Of a DNA stretch of 64,000 bases, positions 36,761 through 64,000 are shown piece by piece; position 1 is the first letter of the stretch, and each line of letters starts with the position of its first letter. The translations under genes and the position numbers were made by a program. The notes under the pieces are model-generated. The model was not told the origin of the DNA, made no database searches, and saw only the letters and a list, made by a program, of their open reading frames with translations. Source of the stretch: Eledone cirrhosa (lineage: Eukaryota); contig OZ024743.1 in the NCBI GenBank assembly GCA_964016885.1, positions 352,408,001 through 352,472,000 on the forward strand, written 5' to 3'.

Positions 36761-39700
36761 AAAAGGTAAACAGAAATAACAACACAATCGGTACAGTATA
36801 TGGAAGGTTGTATATTTAAGTAAGTAAGTAGGTGTAGTCGGATAAACGTTGAAACGGCTTAGTGCAATGCAACGAAAATTTACACAATTATGCAGAATGA
36901 TCCAAGGAGGCGTTGGGTCGACTTTCGAATTAAAAGCTTCAATGGTTACAGAGAAAATCGATGAAACAATCGATGAAATTCAATGATCCAATAACAAAGG
37001 GAGATAACCTCTTTTTATTTTTTTTAAAGAGTTGAAATTTTATCGATTTCTTGACAATTTTCCACGGAAACTTCAACACGTGGTTATTGGATAAAAATAA
37101 ATTAATAAGGCATACTTTGCATTTCATTAGTTTATTTAACTACAATAATCAGTTTAAATGGGTTGCATTAACGTCACACAAGTATCGTGAACGCCCGATT
37201 ACAAGATTTGATTTTTTGCGCGTTCTAAGCAGACTTCTACTGCAATAAAAATCATTTAGGGTTTGTTCGATCGTGTAAAACTACTACGTGTGCGTGTTAC
37301 CATGTTTAGGTTTGTATATGTGTGTGTGTTACCATGTTTAGGTTTGTAACTGTGCTAATATCCCATAACTTAGTGCAACTTGACAAAAGAGATCAATAAA
37401 GTAAGTGTCAGCTTTGAAAAATTAGTACTGGGATTGATATGACTGATTAAAGTAGTGGAGCAATGGGAATTCCTGAAGGCAAAAAATAAAATCTGTGGAT
37501 GAAGCAGGTCTCTAGGGTGAGGGAGAGTGACTTGGTACTGGAACAGTAGGGGTGGCGAAAATGAATGCCAAAAGATAGACATGGAAAAAAATGGTAGAAT
37601 GGGGGAGTATTGAGCACTGTTAGGATGCTAGGAGAAAAGCTAGGTGACAAGTATACTTTGCAAGGGAAGCAGAAAATATGAAATTTAAACATGCTCTATC
37701 ACATCCATTTTTACAGGTTATGCCTAGAACAAAAAATGGCACAGACGGCGTAGAGGTGTGGTTGTTGACAATGTGCAAGGTGACGCTATCTTTAGAGGTG
37801 AAGCTATCGGGCGTGTCTACACAGTCCATCCAAAGGACCAAAAATGTTGTTTTTTTTTGCGGATGCTGCTACACCGCGTCGCTGGGCCAAAATCGTTCGC
37901 AGACCTCAGACCTTTCGACGGAGAAGTCTGCTCTACTTACAGGGACGCGTGCTTGAAGCATGGGATGTTAGAGGATGATTCTCACTGGAACGTGGCAATG
38001 AAAGAGGCCGCTGAATGTAGGATACAAATGCGACGTCTTTTTTGCGTTATGTTGATCTTCTGCAACGTGGGTGAGCCTCTTCAGCTTTGGGAAACATACA
38101 AAGACAGCATGTCAGAGAATTTCCTTCGAAGACTGCAAGCTGAGGATCCTTCAGGAGTTTTCGCATTCAACGATGCCATCTACAATGAGGCTCTCCTCGA
38201 TCTGGAAAGTCGGCTGCAATCAATGGCAGCGGTTGGTGTAATAGATTTCGGCTTGCCTCAACCACGGAACCGTCCAAATGCTTTATCTGCTGAGTACATG
38301 CGGAAATTGAACTACAACACGGACGAAATGGCGGCCTAAGTAGCTCAGGATGAGCCCCGACTTTTGGACGACCAGAGACAAGCATACCATAGGATCCTTT
38401 CCAGCATCGACTCTTACGAGGGAAAAATGTTTTTTTTTGGATGCTCCTGGCGGCACTGGAAAAACCTTCCTCATCAACCTACTGCTGGCTAAGCTGAGAC
38501 AAGACAATCGCATTGTCTTAGCAGTTGCATCCAGTGATATTGCGGCAACCCTGCTACATGGCAGTAAAACGGCACATTCAACCTTCAAACTACCACTGGA
38601 CTTGGCGAAAAAAGAAACTCCAACCTGCAACATAAGTCAAGGATCGGCAAAAGGCAATCTACTCGCAGTGCTGCCTCATCATTTGGGACGAGGCAACCAT
38701 GAGTCATAAAAATGCTTTTGAAGCTCTTGATCGGACTCTTCAAGACTTACGGCGCAATACTCGGCTGATGGGCGGTACGACAGTTCTACTGGCTGGTGAT
38801 TTCCGGCAGACTCTTCCTATCATCCCGAAAGGGACAAGAGCAGACGAGATCAACGCTTCAATAAAGTCGTCATATCTCTGGCATCATATTGAAAAACTTC
38901 ATCTCATTACCAACATGAGAGTTCAGGTACATGGCGATCAAGATTATTTAACTTTTTCGGCGCAGCTTCTTGATGTCGGCAATGGACATATAGATGCAGA
39001 TGCTGAAGGGCATATCCGTCTTCCGTTTGGAAACTACGTGTCTGATGTGGACGAACTAATGGAGTCTGTGTTTCCTGACATTGAAAATCGGTTTCGTGAC
39101 CACAACTGGCTATTTTGGCACCACACAATGTGACAGTTGACGAAATCAACAAGAAACTCCTCGATCGGCTTCCAGGGAATACAGTTTCATTTAAGTCTAT
39201 TGACACCAACAAAAATGCTGAGGATGCCACAATGTTTACCATTGAATTCCTCAACAGTCAAACACCTCCTGGACTTCCGCCTCACGACCTGCAGCTAAAG
39301 GTTGGTGCGCCGGTTATGATGCTAAGGAACTTGGACTCTCCAACAATGTGCAACGGAACACGAATGATCATCAAATCGTTAAAGTCCAAAATTCTGGTTG
39401 CGACAATCTTGAACGGACCAGCTGCTGGCACAGACGTTCTAATTCCTCCAGTAAAACTCAGTCCATCTGACGTCGTCAACGAATTTACCCGATTGCAATA
39501 TCCCATCAAACTCAGCTTTGTCATGACCATCAACAAGGCACAGGGACAATCGATGCAAGTGGTTGGACTGAATCTGAGTGAACAGGCATTCTCACAAGGC
39601 CAACTGTACGTTGGATGTTCCCGAGTAGGAAGTCCGCGGGGACTCTTCATTCACTCAACAAAAAGAGAAGTTAAGAATGTTGTCTACCAAGAGGCTCTAC

Positions 39701-40241
39701 AATGATAACGTTCTTCATTGCTAGCCTCTTTTCCGTGCCATACATGGTTCGACTTCATGTTGATCTTCGCTTCTGTGCCAGCCCCATTTTAATTGAAAGG
39801 AGGGCAAATAAATGCACGTAAGTTTGTGATTATTAATTTGGTTGATTTTTATGTTTGTCTTTGTTTGTGTTTTGTCTTTTCGGATTTCAATTTTTTTTAC
39901 TTTCTTTTGGGTTTTCATATTTCTTTTTTCAACCTTATTTGACAGTAAATTTATTAGGATTTCGGTTTGTTATTCTGAATATTTTTTATTTTTCGTGTTC
40001 CCTTTTTGTGATTTTTGTTGGTTTCTTGGTTGAGAAAAGAAGTTGAATTCTTATCAGTGAACCAAATCTCCCGGGTAAAACCGGGTTAAACAGATTTTCA
40101 TTTCTAAATTCTATTATCATTACAACTTTGACATATTTTATATAAAATGAATATGAGAAAAAAAAAACATCTTCATATTTATTGTTTACTAATTTGAATA
40201 AAAACAGCAGTAACCTGGGCAACGCCGGGTCATTCAGATAG
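36704..40241 (+). mobile_element. Helitron, internally deleted (no recognisable Rep HUH domain), PIF1 helicase pseudogene
   Basis: 5' A|TC start before (TA)n(TG)n; 3' hairpin CCTGGGCAACGCCGGG followed by CAGATAG|T (a CTAG variant); RepHel coding remnants inside. Confidence 0.88.
37758..39705 (+). pseudogene. Helitron RepHel C-terminal part (PIF1-family helicase), several frameshifts and stops
   Basis: IGRVYTVHP..FFLRMLL..GPKSFADLR, FFLDAPGGTGKT, TAHSTFKLP, LLAGDFRQTLP, LKVGAPVMMLRNL, MTINKAQGQS, QLYVGCSRV and NVVYQEAL*. Confidence 0.93.
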
Positions 40242-40319
40242 TATATTTATATAATATAATATAATATATATAGATATATATAATATATATATAATATAAT
40301 ATATATATATATATATATA

Positions 40320-42615
40320 ACGAAGGAAGTGTGGTAAGGAACCAGATGGACCATAACGCACCAGAGTACTCAATACTTAGGGTAGTAGAGTGGGTAATAG
40401 GAAAATGTTTAACCCCGACGGCAGAGCTCAAGCCGTTTCGACGGCTATTAAATTAGAATTTTTAGCGTGGTAATAAATAGCCGAACTTTTGAAGGGCTAA
40501 ATCCTTATATGGGAAGATTGTAGTTGTCAAAAGGATTGGTCAAAATTTCTTGTAAACACAATTAGATCTTTCATAGCAGTGGGTGGGAGGTGGTGGTGGC
40601 TGAACTTGCCTGTAGAACAATGAGGGAGTGGGTGGAGCCGGTCAAGCGTTGAAAGTGAATTCTATACAGCAAACTCTAAGGAGTGTGTATGAAATTAGGC
40701 TAGTTAGGAAGCAGTTGGACGTTATAGAAATGGTTAATAAATTGAGATTAAAAGATAATAAATAAATAAAAAATTAAATTAAATAGTAAAAATAATAAAA
40801 AAATCTCTAGAATCTATTGCGTTTTCGGCCAATGCTATATATAATTTACTGGGGTGGGGGTACTGAGGCTACAAAAGCCCGATGGGCTGCATCGTGGTAG
40901 GCGAAAGAGGAAAAAGGAAAAGGAAGAGGAGAGGGAGTGGAAGGAAGTGATAAGAAGAGATAAAGGGAAGAAGAAAAGAAAAAGAAAGAAATACATCTAC
41001 CTATATATGCTGGGGTTTCCCCTATCTTGCTCGGCAAGTGGGGGAAAAGAAGGATGTTACAGCCATTGTCTACCCACTCGGGTCATGAGGGGGTTTGAGG
41101 GCGAGGTAAGTCCTATGGAATCGGTGTTTACATGCAGTTACAAGTTCGTCTTTTTTGTTTAGGAGTTGGTCCTTCGTAAACAGTATTTGTAATGTTTCCT
41201 CCGAGCATAAGTTACATGGACGGCGTCCTCATGTGTAGTAGTTAGCCCTGAACAGTAAGCTCCAAGTAAGATTGTGTGTTATGTTGTTATCTTGGAGGTC
41301 CCAGATGTGGTCCGAAAGTGTAGTGGCATGTCGCCGGGCCGGGTTTCGGACCGTATGTCGATGTTGGTAGAGCCGGGTCTTGAAGTCGCAAGTGGTTAAT
41401 CCTATATAGGTTTTATTGGAGGTGTCCATCCTCACATTACATTGGTAGATCACGTTACGTTCTCGGCATCTGTTGTTGAGGGGGCACGTAGATCTATCAG
41501 GGCAGTTACACCTCCTGGTCGGCTCTCCACTAATGTCTAGTGTGTTTCTTCCATAGGGGTTGAGATTTTTGTTGTTTGAGGAGGCGATGTTTTGTGCGAA
41601 GTTGCGTGTGGTGCTGTAAGAGAGTTTGATAGTGTTTTTGTTGATTATGTTGTGGTAGCGGTGTTGTGGTGGGAAGTGTTTTTCGATGAGCCTAAAGAAG
41701 ATTTTCCCGATTGGTGTTGTGGGGAGGGTTGAACCACGTTACGTGGCGTGAGCGGCGGAGTCGCCTGCTGGTTCCGCTAAGGGAAGCTGGATAGAAGGAG
41801 ATTTCCTCCCGAAAGCTGCTCCGCTTGAGCGCCTGGTTGTAATGAGGCGCATGTTCATCGAATATCTGCTCATTAGCGGACAAACGAGATATGCAGCGGG
41901 AGATGTTTTTATCTAGGTTATTGGTGATGTTTCTAGGATGGTTAGAGCGGCGGTGGATGTAGCGAAGGTTGTCGTTTGGTTTCCTGTATGGGTAGTACAG
42001 ATCATTTTCGAGGTTGAGAGTAACGTCCAGAAAATTGACTCGGGTTAGGGACGTTTGTAGGGTGATTTTAAATCCCCAGTCTCGGAAGAAATTGATTAGT
42101 TGTTTACGGACCCGGTCTGTACTACTGGGGTTGTACCCTTTGAGGGTAAGGAGCCCATCGTCTCGGTACAATCCACCGCCGAATGCAGGAAACATTTCGG
42201 TGAGTTTATGTAGTAGGAATAATCCTATAAGATCGGTCACCTCGGCCGAGTCGGTCGCGCCCATACTGACGTCGAAGGGGGAGTCAGGAGCTCTCTTTAT
42301 CCACTTAGATTTGTCGAAAAGGAGGATTGTCTTCCTGGTGTGGAGAATGGTTTTTCTTTCCTGGTCGGTGATGGGTGTGAGTGTTTTGGCAAAGTCCAAA
42401 GCGGCCGTCAGTAGCGGTAAGGTAATAGAGGCGTAATAGCTCACTATGTCGAACTGGATGAATTTGGTGTCCTGTTTGTCATCAATATTCCTGAACCATG
42501 AGATGACTTCCTGGGTGCTGACCCAAAGGCTAAGTCTCGCGTTTTGCTTAATTTTTGATATAACGTGGTCTAGGATCTGTTTACTGATTCTCCCTATGTC
42601 CGACTTCGTCAGATT
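40320..42615 (-). mobile_element. 5'-truncated Penelope-like element (RT plus C-terminal GIY-YIG) with 3' pLTR, inserted in (TA)n
   Basis: KSDIGRISKQILD, FDIVSYYASI, VSMGATDSAE, GLYRDDGL, VNFLDVTL, YRKP, WFNPP, CNC..CPLNNRC, VIYQC..TYIGLT..FKTR, CNLC..E and CKH. Confidence 0.92.
41070..42612 (-). pseudogene. Penelope-like RT/GIY-YIG ORF with one frameshift (~41710) and one in-frame TGA (41229)
   Basis: ORFs 41692-42444 and 41229-41453 join into one reading frame ending ...HDPSG*. Confidence 0.88.
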
Positions 42616-43054
42616 TATAAGCCTGTATATATGTATATATATTATGGAGAGATGACTCCTTAACCTTTGTCAAGGCAGAATTCTAGGAGAAGGAAAACTC
42701 TGATATAACACCTGCAACTCTGATGGTATCCAATGATGTTGACTTGTTCTTCTTTTTGGTAAATATCATCTTGGTTAAGAGAGTGGGACTGGCTTTGTGC
42801 AATGCCTTTGCTCACTATAAAAGCTTCACGGCACAGGCATTGCTTTATATCTGGAGATCTCTCTGCACTTGTCGTCACATGGTACCATGGGCCCAGCACT
42901 ATGTGTCAATAATTGTCACAAGTGTAGTGTTTGTACCAGAGTTTTCAAGTCGCTGGCTGGACTAAAAAGTCACACTCGTTCAGCGCATCGGTAGGAGTTC
43001 TCCTACATGGATATAAAGTGGTGGCCGTACTCGAAAACGAGTTGGCAGCCACCA

Positions 43055-44067
<1,013 letters not shown>

Positions 44068-44070
<3 letters not shown>

Positions 44071-45098
44071 AAAAAGCCAGGACTATCCATCATCAGTGAT
44101 CCTCCGACCATCATAGGTATTTCTTCGCATTAAAGATCAGATACCTCTGTCCAGCGCGAACAATAACTAAAATAAGTTATTTGGATAAAAAGAATTGGGT
44201 GGAAAAAGAGAGACATGTAAATAAACAAGAATGGTGAGGCAAGTCAATGATTCGCTAGATTTTATGTTCACATATATATATATCACTGACTTGTTTTCTC
44301 ATTTTCCACCCTTTACGTTGCCTCACCATTCGTGTTTCTTTACATGTCTCTCTTTCTCCACCCAATTCTTTTTATCCCAATAACTTATTTTAGTTATTGT
44401 TTGCACTGGACTGAGGTATCTGATCTTTAATGCGAAGAAATACCTATGATGGTCGGAGGATCACTGATGATGGATAGTCCTGGCTTCTTGCTATATTTTT
44501 TAATTTATATGTATCACATTCGCAACAGCGCAGCGCGCCATTTTTCATTCTATTTTTTTCCTTCCCTGAGGCCTGTCCTTTTCTCTTCCCTTACTGCTAT
44601 CCTCTTTCTCTCTCCCCCTTCTCTCTCCTTGCACTTTCATTCACCTCCTCTGCTAGTCACCCTCTCTCGGCTAGCCTCTCCTCACACTTTCACTCACTCA
44701 CTCTCTGCTACTCACCCTCTCTCACTTCCTCCCGTCTGACCCGTGTGAAATTATTTTCTCGCTCACATTTCGCATGGCTTGGATGCGTCTTTCATCTTCT
44801 CGTCAATGATTCGCTAGATCTTATGTTCACATGTATCACTGACTTGTTTTCTCATTTTCCCACCCTTTATGTTGCCTTACTATTTTTGTTTGTTTACATG
44901 TCTCTCTTTCTCCACCCAATTCTTTTTATCCCAATAACTTATTTTAGTTATTGTTTGCACTGGACTGAGGTATCTGATCTTTAATGCGAAGAAATACCTA
45001 TGATCGCCGGAGGATCACTGATGATGGATAGTCTTGGCTTCTTGCTATATTTTTTAATTTATATGTATCACATTCGCACAACAGTGCAGCGCGCCATT

Positions 45099-45101
<3 letters not shown>
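44068..45101. repeat. Inverted plus direct repeat module (pLTR-like architecture) between microsatellites
   Basis: 44068-44242 is the inverse of 44318-44492, and 44243-44545 is repeated directly at 44802-45101. Confidence 0.8.
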
Positions 45102-45179
<78 letters not shown>

Positions 45180-45259
45180 TATATATATTATATATATTAT
45201 ATATATTATATATATACATTATATATATATATAAATATATATATATTATATATATATAT

Positions 45260-45455
45260 ATCATCATCATCATCATCATTTTACTCCGCTTTTCCCTGCT
45301 TGCAAGGGTTAGACGGGTCCTATTCAGCACACCATCTCTCCACTTGTCACGGCCCTTCGTCATCTCCTCGGTGAGTTTCAGCGATCTGAAGTCTCCTCCT
45401 ATGTTTTTCGTGGTCTACCTCTACTGCGTCTTCCTTCTATTGGGATTTCTTGGCA
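45260..45455 (-). mobile_element. RTE LINE extreme 3' end with (TGA)n tail
   Basis: Minus strand gives GGDFRSLKLTEEMTKGRDKWRDGV followed by cgtctaacccttgcaagcagggaaaagcggagtaaaatgatgatga. Confidence 0.75.
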
Positions 45456-45904
45456 CTTCGGGGGGTTTTCTGCTAGTATGTGTAGTGTGTATATTGATAT
45501 TTTACGCAAGTATATATGCATATAGATATGATACATCAAATAAAATCGCAATTGACAATATACACAGAAATTGAACGAAGACTGTGTTACACTGTCTTAT
45601 TTAATTAGTAATGATACATTAGAAAAAAGACGATATTATATATAAACTGCATTAGGAGAAAATTAGTGACGGAAATATATAAGTATTTATTTAAGCGATC
45701 GACAACCGGAAGTGTTGACATTTGAAAATTTTAAAGAAGTGAATCTTTGAATAGGTAATAAAATATATTTAATGAACAGCCACGAAATTTAGTAGATTAA
45801 TTATGTAATACTCATTCATTATTTATTCAAAGTAATCTAACTTATTTTACTAAGGGGATAACAAATTATAAACCGTACGCAATCCCACGCTTCTTACTTT
45901 AGAT

Positions 45905-46005
45905 ACATTATATATATATATAATATATAAGTTATATATATATATATTATATATATATATAATATATATATTATATATATATATTATATATATATATTAT
46001 ATATA

Positions 46006-46102
<97 letters not shown>

Positions 46103-46134
46103 ACATTATATATATATATAATATATATATATAT

Positions 46135-46205
<71 letters not shown>

Positions 46206-46246
46206 TATATAATATATATATATATAATATATATATATATTATATA

Positions 46247-46316
<70 letters not shown>

Positions 46317-46368
46317 CATATATAAATATATATATATTATATATATATTTATTACATATATTAATATA

Positions 46369-46438
<70 letters not shown>

Positions 46439-46464
46439 TATATATAATATATATATAATATATA
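45905..46464. repeat. Long imperfect (TA)n tract
   Basis: Read directly from the sequence. Confidence 0.95.

Positions 46465-64000
<17,536 letters not shown>

Noticed and set aside
37758-39705. Host PIF1 helicase gene
   Set aside because: It has multiple frameshifts, a Helitron-specific upstream region and Helitron termini.
41229-41231. In-frame TGA in the Penelope endonuclease as selenocysteine
   Set aside because: It is not at an evident Cys position, the copy also has a frameshift, and I saw no SECIS; a nonsense mutation is simpler.

Overview
AT-rich animal genomic DNA. The repeat complement (tRNA-derived SINEs, RTE LINEs with (TGA)n tails, TTAA-CCCTTT MITEs, long (TA)n tracts) points to a cephalopod such as Octopus; this is an inference. 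Positions 1-2118 hold the 5' part of a minus-strand Ty3/Gypsy LTR retrotransposon, with a 40-nt tRNA-Trp primer-binding site and a GGGAAAC/pseudoknot -1 frameshift signal. From 5.7 to 20.3 kb lie five + strand exons of a tandem von Willebrand A (VWA) domain protein: four MIDAS-bearing domains, one per exon, plus a 24-nt micro-exon. The 20-46 kb interval is a nested graveyard of RTE, CR1-like and Tx1-like LINEs, SINEs, a Rep-deleted Helitron and a 5'-truncated Penelope-like element (RT plus GIY-YIG). From about 46465 to the window end runs a young head-to-tail array of ~480-640 bp monomers, 34 by manual count. Every monomer carries a type I minimal hammerhead ribozyme motif (CUGAUGA...GAAACUAGUA) inside a long, bulged stem I, making the array a candidate retrozyme/ribozyme satellite that could yield unit-length or circular RNAs. 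Several decayed Penelope-type hammerhead motifs occur elsewhere in the window. All structures were folded by eye and no searches were run.
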